IMG/VR virus record: IMGVR_UViG_2534681705_000008
Source of the DNA: a virus
Lineage: Duplodnaviria > Heunggongvirae > Uroviricota > Caudoviricetes
Length of the DNA: 20,352 nt
Direction: 5' to 3' (one strand)
Part shown: one piece after another, positions 8,311-15,700 of the stretch
How positions within the stretch are numbered: position 1 is the first letter of the stretch
How the letters are laid out: every line of letters begins with the position of its first letter
The notes under the pieces: generated by a model
Told to the model about the DNA's origin: nothing
Seen by the model: only the letters and a program-made list of their open reading frames with translations
The model's database searches: none
Made by a program: the position numbers and the translations under genes

Positions 8311-9369
8311 TTACGCTCCGGTTTCTGCTGCGGTGGCGCTGAAGTCACCAATCTGGATGTTTTCCACCAGTGCAGCGCAGCGATAGTCCTCAACCACATA
8401 GGCTTCGTTAACGGATTCAAAATTTTCAATCCGGTCACGTTTCGGGTTGTCGATAACTGAACGGCGGCGGGTATCTTCCTGCCAGTAGATGGACAGGTTA
8501 TCCAGACGGGTGATCAGCAGCGCATTCGGCGGGAAGAACGGCGCACGCACCGCCTGCAGACCACCCATGCGTTTCTGACTGATGATCATATCGGCAGCCA
8601 GTTTTTCACTGTTTTCCTGCTCTTTGTTGACCAGCGGGAAATACTTGTCAGACAGCAGTTCACGACCGCAAATCACCACCAGATCGTCATCGTCCTGGTA
8701 GACCACGTCGATAAGCTCATTGACGGCATCCATCACTACGGCGTCCAGGTTGGCATATTCGCCACCTTTCCCGACTTTCACCGCGCCCGGTGTGGTTTCA
8801 CCGCCCGTGGTGGTGCTGCCCATGACGTGATCCGGTGCATCCTCACGGATTTTCTGCAGCCAGCCTTTGTTCACATCCTGCAGCAGCGGGTTTTCGCTAC
8901 GGTTGGAGGTTTTCGCACGCTTCACGCCGTTAAAGCCGATCATGATGCGGTCCAGTGCCTGACGTTTCACGATGGCGTTACGGATACGCACCTGGAAATC
9001 CTGAAACTTCGCCCACAGGTCCAGCTTCGCGTAGGTCAGCACCGTGTCAAAGTTGGTCTGTTCGCATTTGTATTCCACATCGACCATCAGCGTCGGATCG
9101 ACAGGTTCTCGCTCTTTCGCGGTGGTATCAGTGGTTCCGGCAATGGTGCTGCCAACACCCAGCCCCAGCAACTGACCAGACTGCTCAGTCACTGGCGTGA
9201 CGTTAATCAGCGTCAGGAAAGAGGCGGACTGCTGGATCTGGTCTTCCAGCGTCTGCTGCACGGACGGCTCTACGGTGAACTTGCTGGACAGTTCTTCAAC
9301 TGCCACACCGTTCAGACGCGCCAGCTGCTGCAGGTAAGCGTTAAAAGCAAAGCGGGTATTCTTCTTCAT
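8311..9369 (-). CDS. N: Major capsid protein gpN
   Basis: 352 aa; strong resemblance along its length to the P2 major capsid protein; ATG at 9369 confirmed. Confidence 0.95.
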   Translation of the reverse strand: MKKNTRFAFNAYLQQLARLNGVAVEELSSKFTVEPSVQQTLEDQIQQSASFLTLINVTPVTEQSGQLLGLGVGSTIAGTTDTTAKEREPVDPTLMVDVEYKCEQTNFDTVLTYAKLDLWAKFQDFQVRIRNAIVKRQALDRIMIGFNGVKRAKTSNRSENPLLQDVNKGWLQKIREDAPDHVMGSTTTGGETTPGAVKVGKGGEYANLDAVVMDAVNELIDVVYQDDDDLVVICGRELLSDKYFPLVNKEQENSEKLAADMIISQKRMGGLQAVRAPFFPPNALLITRLDNLSIYWQEDTRRRSVIDNPKRDRIENFESVNEAYVVEDYRCAALVENIQIGDFSATAAETGA

Positions 9370-9385
9370 CGGGTTTTGTGCTCCA

Positions 9386-10219
9386 TCAGCAATTGGTCAG
9401 AGTGTCAGCGGGGGCGTTACCGCCTGTTGCACGCTGGCGGTAGTCCTGGCGGCTGTCTTCATGACTCAGCTTGTCCACCAGTTCGTTAAAGGCGGTCTGC
9501 TGTGCCTGCAGGGCAGTCTCCAGCTCAGACAGACGTTCTTCCTGCTCAGACAGGGATTTTTCGGTGCGTGCGCTCAGGTTTTGCTGCTCAGTGGCGACCA
9601 GCTCCACGGCCTTATGCACATCAGAGAACCGGGCATCGTCGGACTGCTCTTTTTTGGTAAACAGCGCCGTGACACGGGCAAACAGGGACGGTTTGTCCTC
9701 CTGGATTTCTTCCAGTTCGATCACCGTTTCCTCTGCGGCGGTAAAGAGATTGGCGGGATTCTGCTTGCGGTTTGCCAGCGGGTTATGGGCTGCACTGGCG
9801 CTGAATGTCAGCATTTCCGTACCCAAACTGGCAGGGTCATCAGTGGCAGCCAGGCCGACCAGGTAGGCTTTGCCCGTATCAGCGAACTTCGGGCTGACTT
9901 CCATAGAGGTGAATAATTTCTGGCCTTTTTTCACCAATTCCACCAGGGACTCCGTTGGCTCAACGTCGGCATACAGCGCCATCTTGCCTGCCAGCGGGCC
10001 TTCCGTGATTTCTTCAGCAAACAGCGCCGTCACCTTGCCGTAACGGTTAAAGGTGCTGTCCGGGAGATAAGACTTGATGTGCTCAAGGTTAATCAGCGCG
10101 GTATACACCGCCGGGTTGTAGCTGGCTGCCATCTGTTCCAGCCATTCACGCTGGATTTCGCGTCCGTCGGTGGTGGCACCTTCCACCCCGATGCGAAAAC
10201 GCTTTGCTTTCACTGTCAT
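9386..10219 (-). CDS. O: Capsid scaffolding protein gpO
   Basis: 277 aa; ATG at 10219 confirmed; divergent from P, as in P2. Confidence 0.9.
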   Translation of the reverse strand: MTVKAKRFRIGVEGATTDGREIQREWLEQMAASYNPAVYTALINLEHIKSYLPDSTFNRYGKVTALFAEEITEGPLAGKMALYADVEPTESLVELVKKGQKLFTSMEVSPKFADTGKAYLVGLAATDDPASLGTEMLTFSASAAHNPLANRKQNPANLFTAAEETVIELEEIQEDKPSLFARVTALFTKKEQSDDARFSDVHKAVELVATEQQNLSARTEKSLSEQEERLSELETALQAQQTAFNELVDKLSHEDSRQDYRQRATGGNAPADTLTNC

Positions 10220-10295
10220 GAGCCGTGCTCCGTTAGAAATAACTTACTGGAGCCTTATGGTTGCGGTGATGGGGGCAGTGAAACAATGCGCGGTA

Positions 10296-10317
10296 TTTGT
10301 ACCGACAACCACACAAA
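10296..10317. promoter_or_regulatory. Candidate late-promoter activator site (TTTGT-N12-ACAAA) in the O/P divergent intergenic region
   Basis: TGT at 10298..10300 and ACA at 10313..10315 with short symmetric flanks; the O and P late promoters are expected in this 142-bp gap. Confidence 0.4.
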
Positions 10318-10361
10318 CCGCAGGCGGGGAAAGCCTTCATTCAAGGCTGTAGGTTTGTGCC

Positions 10362-12128
10362 ATGAACACCACACTGACACCCGCAGATCTCGATCCCCGT
10401 CGGCAGGCCATGCTGCTGTACTTTCAGGGATACCGCGTAGCCCGCATTGCTGAAATGCTGGGCGAGAAAGTTGCAACCGTTCACAGCTGGAAGAAACGCG
10501 ACAAGTGGGGTGACTATGGGCCGCTGGATCAGATGCAGCTCACCACCGCCGCACGTTACTGCCAGCTCATTATGAAGGAGCACAAAGAAGGGAAAGATTT
10601 CAAAGAAATTGACCTGCTGGCGCGCCAGTCGGAGCGCCACGCGCGGATCGGCAAGTTTAACAATGGCGGCAACGAAGCCGACTTAAACCCTAACGTCGCC
10701 AACCGCAACAAAGGCCCGCGCCGTCAGCCGGAAAAGAATGTTTTCACCGATGAACAGATAGAGAAACTGGAAGAAATCTTCCATTCCTCCATGTTCAACT
10801 ACCAGCGCCACTGGTGGGAAGCCGGAAAAACCAACCGCATCCGCAACCTGCTGAAGTCACGCCAGATCGGCGCGACCTTTTACTTTGCCCGTGAAGCCCT
10901 GATTGACGCCCTGCTTACCGGACGTAACCAGATTTTCCTTTCTGCCAGTAAGGCACAGGCTCACGTCTTTAAGCAGTACATCATCGACTTCGCCAAAGAA
11001 GTCGAGGTGGAGCTGAAAGGCGATCCGATGGTGCTTCCTAACGGGGCCACGCTTTACTTCCTCGGCACCAATGCCCGCACGGCGCAGAGTTACCACGGCA
11101 ACCTGTATCTGGATGAATATTTCTGGATACCGAAATTCCAGGAGTTGCGCAAAGTGGCTTCCGGTATGGCTATTCACAAGAAATGGCGACAAACCTATTT
11201 TTCCACGCCATCCAGCCTGACCCACAGTGCTTATCCGTTCTGGTCCGGTGCGCTGTTCAACCGTGGACGCAACAAAGCTGACAAGGTGGACATCGACCTG
11301 TCCCACAGCAATCTGGCCCCCGGCCTACTGTGCGCAGACGGGCAATACCGCCAGATAGTCACCGTGGAAGATGCGGTGCGCGGCGGCTGTAACCTGTTCG
11401 ACCTCGACCAGCTGCGCATGGAGTACAGCCCGGACGAATACCAGAACCTGCTGATGTGCGAGTTCGTGGACGATCTCGCGTCCGTGTTCCCGCTCAGCGA
11501 ACTGCAGGCGTGCATGGTGGACAGCTGGGAAGTCTGGACCGACTTTCATGCACTGGCCCTGCGCCCGTTTGGCTGGCGCGAAGTGTGGATCGGTTATGAC
11601 CCGGCAAAAGGTACGCAGAACGGCGACAGTGCCGGATGCGTGGTGGTGGCTCCGCCAGCCGTGCCGGGTGGTAAGTTCCGCATTCTTGAGCGTCACCAGT
11701 GGCGCGGGATGGACTTCCGCGCCCAGGCTGACGCCATCAAAAAACTGACCGAACAGTATAACGTGACCTATATCGGTATCGACTCGACCGGCGTCGGTCA
11801 CGGGGTTTACGAGAACGTGAAAGCGTTTTTTCCTGCCGTCAGGGAGTTTGTCTATAACCCCAACGTTAAAAACGCCCTGGTACTCAAGGCCTACGACATT
11901 ATCAGCCACCGCCGTCTGGAGTTTGACGCCGGGCACACCGACATTGCGCAGTCATTTATGGCAATCCGTCGCGCTACCACTGCCAGTGGCAACCGCCCGA
12001 CCTATGAAGCCAGCCGCAGCGAAGAAGCCAGCCATGCCGATCTGGCCTGGGCAACAATGCACGCACTGTTTAACGAACCGCTGCAGGGCGAGTCCGCCAA
12101 TACCAGCAATATTGTGGAGATTTTTTGA
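10362..12128 (+). CDS. P: Terminase ATPase (large) subunit gpP
   Basis: 588 aa; P2 gpP-like; ATG at 10362; stop overlaps the Q start (TGATG). Confidence 0.95.
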   Translation: MNTTLTPADLDPRRQAMLLYFQGYRVARIAEMLGEKVATVHSWKKRDKWGDYGPLDQMQLTTAARYCQLIMKEHKEGKDFKEIDLLARQSERHARIGKFNNGGNEADLNPNVANRNKGPRRQPEKNVFTDEQIEKLEEIFHSSMFNYQRHWWEAGKTNRIRNLLKSRQIGATFYFAREALIDALLTGRNQIFLSASKAQAHVFKQYIIDFAKEVEVELKGDPMVLPNGATLYFLGTNARTAQSYHGNLYLDEYFWIPKFQELRKVASGMAIHKKWRQTYFSTPSSLTHSAYPFWSGALFNRGRNKADKVDIDLSHSNLAPGLLCADGQYRQIVTVEDAVRGGCNLFDLDQLRMEYSPDEYQNLLMCEFVDDLASVFPLSELQACMVDSWEVWTDFHALALRPFGWREVWIGYDPAKGTQNGDSAGCVVVAPPAVPGGKFRILERHQWRGMDFRAQADAIKKLTEQYNVTYIGIDSTGVGHGVYENVKAFFPAVREFVYNPNVKNALVLKAYDIISHRRLEFDAGHTDIAQSFMAIRRATTASGNRPTYEASRSEEASHADLAWATMHALFNEPLQGESANTSNIVEIF

Positions 12129-13165
12129 TGGGAAAGAGTAAGAAGAACCGCGCTGCGTCGACGAAACAGATCCAGCATAAAAGCCAGACTTCAGCCGAAG
12201 CATTCAGCTTCGGTGATCCCGTTCCTGTTCTGGACCGCCGCGAACTGCTGGACTATGTGGAATGCGTACAGATGGATCGTTGGTACGAGCCGCCTGTGAG
12301 TTTCGACGGACTGGCGCGAACCTTCCGCGCCGCCGTGCATCACAGCTCACCGATTGCAGTGAAGTGCAACATTCTGACCAGCACCTACATCCCTCACCCG
12401 CTGCTCAGCCAGCAGGCTTTTTCGCGTTTTGTACAGGACTATCTGGTTTTTGGTAACGCCTACCTGGAGAAACGCACGAACCGCTTCGGTGAAGTTATCG
12501 CCCTTGAGCCTGCACTGGCAAAATACACCCGACGCGGGTTAGACCTTGATACCTACTGGTTTGTGCAATACGGCATGACTACACAGCCGTATCAGTTCAC
12601 GAAAGGCAACATTTTTCATCTGATGGAACCGGACATCAACCAGGAGATCTACGGCCTGCCTGGTTATCTTTCTGCCATTCCGTCAGCCCTGCTCAACGAG
12701 TCCGCCACGCTGTTCCGTCGAAAGTATTACATTAACGGCAGTCATGCAGGCTTCATCATGTACATGACCGACGCCGCGCAGAACCAGGAGGATGTAAACA
12801 ACCTCCGTAACGCGATGAAAAGCGCCAAAGGACCAGGTAACTTCCGCAATCTGTTTATGTACTCGCCTAACGGCAAAAAGGACGGACTTCAGATCATCCC
12901 ATTGTCAGAAGTCGCGGCGAAGGATGAGTTTCTGAATATCAAAAATGTCAGCCGCGATGACATGATGGCAGCGCACCGTGTGCCACCGCAAATGATGGGG
13001 ATTATGCCGAATAATGTTGGGGGGTTTGGGGATGTGGAGAAGGCAAGCCGTGTATTCGTCCGAAATGAGCTAATGCCACTACAAAAGCGATTACAGGAGA
13101 TGAATGATTGGCTTGGCAAGGAGGCGATACGGTTTGATACCTACTCGCTAGATATAGCCCCATAA
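12128..13165 (+). CDS. Q: Portal vertex protein gpQ
   Basis: The track start at 12125 is TTG; the ATG at 12128 gives 345 aa (MGKSKKNRA...); P2 gpQ-like. Confidence 0.95.
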   Translation: MGKSKKNRAASTKQIQHKSQTSAEAFSFGDPVPVLDRRELLDYVECVQMDRWYEPPVSFDGLARTFRAAVHHSSPIAVKCNILTSTYIPHPLLSQQAFSRFVQDYLVFGNAYLEKRTNRFGEVIALEPALAKYTRRGLDLDTYWFVQYGMTTQPYQFTKGNIFHLMEPDINQEIYGLPGYLSAIPSALLNESATLFRRKYYINGSHAGFIMYMTDAAQNQEDVNNLRNAMKSAKGPGNFRNLFMYSPNGKKDGLQIIPLSEVAAKDEFLNIKNVSRDDMMAAHRVPPQMMGIMPNNVGGFGDVEKASRVFVRNELMPLQKRLQEMNDWLGKEAIRFDTYSLDIAP

Positions 13166-13169
13166 TAAG

Positions 13170-13193
13170 AAAAGCCACCGTTTGGTGGCTTTT
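13170..13193. terminator. Bidirectional intrinsic terminator hairpin between convergent Q and the HipS-HIRAN gene
   Basis: Perfect 10-bp inverted repeat AAAAGCCACC-gttt-GGTGGCTTTT, with A-run and T-run flanks usable on either strand. Confidence 0.6.
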
Positions 13194-13199
13194 CTTCAT

Positions 13200-13940
13200 T
13201 TACTCAATAGGTTCAAACTCATCTTGAGGAATCAGCGTCGATTGACAGGCTTGGCTTAGTACCCCTGATAATTTACATAATAACCGATAGTTATGAGGAG
13301 CATCATCGCTAATCTTTTCGACCGTTAAAGTGATTGATTTTGGATCATCCAATAACATCTTCTTGATGTCATTACTTAAATACCTAGGGCAGTAACCAAC
13401 GATTTCAGCTGGTTTATCTGCACGAACGACAACAGCATCCCCATCGTATTCATTTTGAAGATCCAAGCAAAGACGCAAAATTTGCCCCGGTTTCAATTCA
13501 GATACACGAGCATTAGCTAAGCTATTCAAGTAACCAAGTCCATGTAAGAAGAAAAAATGCTCAAAGTTACCATCAGAATCAAAATCAATTTTTTTGAAAA
13601 TCTGCAGCTGATCAGTGCTTCGTAAGCCTCCCGAGCGAGCAAGAATATCGATAGGATTTACCTTATCTTCTTCAAATCCAAGCCATTTAATGAAACTCGG
13701 ATACTCTGGACGTCTCGGTGATAAAAGGCGATTTTTAAAAAGAGGAAACAATTCTTCCGATACATAAGTTTCACGAACATCACTCATGCCGCTAAACTTT
13801 GTAAATTTAGAAGATTTAAGAGCACCTTTGGTATACCTGAAAACATACCCCGATTTGCGCTCTTGCAAGTTACCAACAACATGCCAGTCTCTGGTATCTG
13901 GTGCCTGCCATGCGACGTAAACGGAGTTTGTATTAGTCAT
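13200..13940 (-). CDS. HipS-like (HipA N-subdomain-like) domain fused to a C-terminal HIRAN domain; putative antitoxin/sensor partner of the adjacent kinase
   Basis: 246 aa. N-terminal ~115 aa resemble the HipA N-terminal/HipS fold (VGNLQERKSGYVFRY..., ELFPLFKNRLLSP..., IDILARSGG). C-terminal ~90 aa carry HIRAN-like motifs (LHGLGYLNS; LQNEYDGDAVVV resembling NPYDxNAIxV; IVGYCPRYLSNDIKKML). ATG at 13940 overlaps the kinase stop (ATGA). Confidence 0.6.
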   Translation of the reverse strand: MTNTNSVYVAWQAPDTRDWHVVGNLQERKSGYVFRYTKGALKSSKFTKFSGMSDVRETYVSEELFPLFKNRLLSPRRPEYPSFIKWLGFEEDKVNPIDILARSGGLRSTDQLQIFKKIDFDSDGNFEHFFFLHGLGYLNSLANARVSELKPGQILRLCLDLQNEYDGDAVVVRADKPAEIVGYCPRYLSNDIKKMLLDDPKSITLTVEKISDDAPHNYRLLCKLSGVLSQACQSTLIPQDEFEPIE

Positions 13941-14851
13941 TCTAGTAACCTTCTGCGATTTTCCATTACCATTAACGTTGCAAATCTACGTGCACTGTCG
14001 GATATACACGATGAAGGCACTTGGTTAAACACATCTGTAATGGAATCTTCTGTTAAAACGCTCAACTTACCTAACCAATGGTCGCGAGCGGCAACTCTCC
14101 CTTCAACTGCATGTTGAAATGCTTCAACAGTCAGCAAGGGCTTTTTATCAGTTTTTGCTTTGAATAGCTCAGAGCGAGCTTTTCTTACAAAACATGGGAT
14201 TTGTCGATTTTTATCTTTAGTATTAAGCCGTTCGTTACGCTCATCATCTAACATCTCCCTTCCTAAACTAGCGGCATGATCGTATGTTGGACACAAAAAC
14301 TGCTCACCAGTTTCATTGTTAAGCATGATTGCCCAATTTTCATGGTGGCGATCTTGATTACTCACAAGTGCATCGAGCATCAAATATCCACAAAATACAT
14401 CTGCTGCATTTAGCCCGGTTAGATCATATACACTCGGAGGAGGCTTGATAGATTCCCTATCTAAACAACCCAAGACCCTTGTGACAGTGTGTTCTCTGAC
14501 CCTTACCGGCTTTTCCCCGGCTTGTAAAGGCCCAGGATAATCGAATGTCGAACTGTGAAGCACTTCATTTCCCATTACCATCCGGAAACCAGATGGAATG
14601 ATATTCTGAGTCACCACACCGAATCGACCATTGTATCGCGCCAAATCATAGCTAGCATGTGGAATGTTAAGCAAATGACATAACTCAGCAGCACACTTTT
14701 CAGACCAATGCTCGCCAGTACCTGGCCTAGAGTACTTAAACAACTGCAAATTTACAGTGTCATCGGAGAAATAGAACCAAAACTTCTCTTTGGTTCCTAA
14801 CTGTTCAAGATCGTTAGCTACGGGGCTAAGCTCTACCAATTGGTATGGCAT
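13937..14851 (-). CDS. HipT/HipA-like Ser/Thr kinase core (HipA_C superfamily), lacking the HipA N-terminal subdomain
   Basis: 304 aa. Gly-rich loop GTKEKF (res 19-24, resembling the HipA/HipT GxQxK loop), catalytic motif SNQDRHHENW (res 164-173, resembling GxxDxHxKN), and Mg-binding-type YD in CPTYDHAASLG (res 190-191). ATG at 14851 confirmed. Confidence 0.7.
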   Translation of the reverse strand: MPYQLVELSPVANDLEQLGTKEKFWFYFSDDTVNLQLFKYSRPGTGEHWSEKCAAELCHLLNIPHASYDLARYNGRFGVVTQNIIPSGFRMVMGNEVLHSSTFDYPGPLQAGEKPVRVREHTVTRVLGCLDRESIKPPPSVYDLTGLNAADVFCGYLMLDALVSNQDRHHENWAIMLNNETGEQFLCPTYDHAASLGREMLDDERNERLNTKDKNRQIPCFVRKARSELFKAKTDKKPLLTVEAFQHAVEGRVAARDHWLGKLSVLTEDSITDVFNQVPSSCISDSARRFATLMVMENRRRLLE

Positions 14852-14944
14852 CTGACATCCCTGTTTAGCGGATTATGAATAAGTTAGGTTCCATTTTATC
14901 CAAACATTGTCAAATACCCTAAGATTTATTAGATGATAGAGCGA

Positions 14945-14964
14945 TACTGTATGTATGTCCAGCA
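14945..14964. promoter_or_regulatory. LexA-box-like sequence (TACTGTATGTATGTCCAGCA; CTG-N10-CAG spacing retained) about 95 bp upstream of the kinase operon
   Basis: About 16/20 match to the E. coli SOS-box consensus TACTGTATATATATACAGTA, with CTG and CAG correctly spaced; right half-site is CCAG rather than ACAG. Confidence 0.3.
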
Positions 14965-15003
14965 ATCAAATCAATATATAACTCTTATATGGCTTAACGC
15001 GCG

Positions 15004-15022
15004 CTCGTATCCCCGCCACGCC
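15004..15022 (-). other. Candidate cos (cohesive-end) site: GGCGTGGCGGGGA... on the minus strand
   Basis: The 13-mer GGCGTGGCGGGGA matches the start of the P2/186 19-nt cohesive end as I recall it (P2 GGCGAGGCGGGGAAAGCAC); the location between the A/tum side and Q is where cos is expected. Confidence 0.5.
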
Positions 15023-15065
15023 TGCCCGCTTTATGTAGTGGTTTTCATGCACCTGCATGATCTAC

Positions 15066-15093
15066 GCAAAAGCCCGCCAGTTCTGGCGGGCCT
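15066..15093 (-). terminator. Intrinsic terminator of the tum/DinI-like operon
   Basis: GC-rich 9-bp stem GCCCGCCAG-tt-CTGGCGGGC, followed on the minus strand by TTTT. Confidence 0.55.
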
Positions 15094-15226
15094 TAGCAAA
15101 AACGATCCTCAAACGATCATGCGATCTCATGCGGCATAGACATGCACTACAGAGCTAACGCCTCGCAAGGGCTCGTTGTTCAACCTTGCTGACGCCAGAA
15201 GCAAGTTCAGACGCCAGCAACGTTTC

Positions 15227-15460
15227 TTAATGCAGCCAGCTGTCGTCTTCCCACACCTTCTGCATAATTTTCATCACTTGTTTTCTTTCTTCGTCCAGTT
15301 GCAGTCCGGTTAGTTCCACACCGTTAGAGCTACCTTTGCGAATGCGAATTACCGTTTTGGGATACAGGGGGCGCAGATTGCGGTAAAGCTCGGATTCAAG
15401 GGCGTCCAGGGTAGACTGGCTAATCTTCTGCTCTTTATCGATCATTATTTCAATGCGCAT
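15227..15460 (-). CDS. DinI-family protein (SOS-inducible; 186 Tum C-terminal-domain-like)
   Basis: 77 aa from the ATG at 15460 (MRIEIMIDKEQ...KVWEDDSWLH), similar to E. coli DinI; SD GAGGTG upstream; the track ORF is extended to 15532. Confidence 0.8.
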   Translation of the reverse strand: MRIEIMIDKEQKISQSTLDALESELYRNLRPLYPKTVIRIRKGSSNGVELTGLQLDEERKQVMKIMQKVWEDDSWLH

Positions 15461-15470
15461 AAAAGTCACC

Positions 15471-15659
15471 TCAGCTGATGACATCCATTGAGCGGTTGTA
15501 TTCGTGGGTTCTGATTTTTGCCATGAGTTCATCAGTCAATTCAGAAACCCACTGCAGAGCCAGCCCCTTCTCTTCATCACTACACTCACTAGCCGCTACA
15601 AGCTTAAGAAAAAAATCAATGCGCTGGAGCTTCAAAGACTCCAAAAAATAGTCCTGCAT
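15471..15659 (-). CDS. Small protein, first gene of the SOS operon (possible Tum-like antirepressor N-terminal module)
   Basis: 62 aa from the ATG at 15659 with GGAGG upstream; the longer track ORF (to 15761) would run through the LexA box and promoter and is unlikely. Confidence 0.45.
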   Translation of the reverse strand: MQDYFLESLKLQRIDFFLKLVAASECSDEEKGLALQWVSELTDELMAKIRTHEYNRSMDVIS

Positions 15660-15700
15660 CTTTCCTCCTATGACACCACACGCAACGCTGTATGCATAAC

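Noticed and set aside
13002-13199. 65-aa minus-strand ORF overlapping the 3' end of Q
   Set aside because: Antisense to the portal gene and running through the terminator hairpin; no support.
13937-14851. Classical hipBA toxin-antitoxin locus
   Set aside because: No HipB-like HTH gene is present and the kinase lacks the HipA N-terminal subdomain; the architecture fits a split HipT/HipS-type arrangement with a HIRAN fusion instead.
14908-14913. Consensus TTGACA (minus strand) as the -35 of the kinase operon promoter
   Set aside because: No acceptable -10 hexamer at 16-18 bp spacing; a CATAAT at 14872..14877 is a better -10 candidate, but the promoter could not be defined confidently by eye.
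14933-15139. 68-aa plus-strand ORF spanning the cos-like sequence and terminator
   Set aside because: Covers regulatory/cos DNA, has no RBS and an odd composition; likely spurious.
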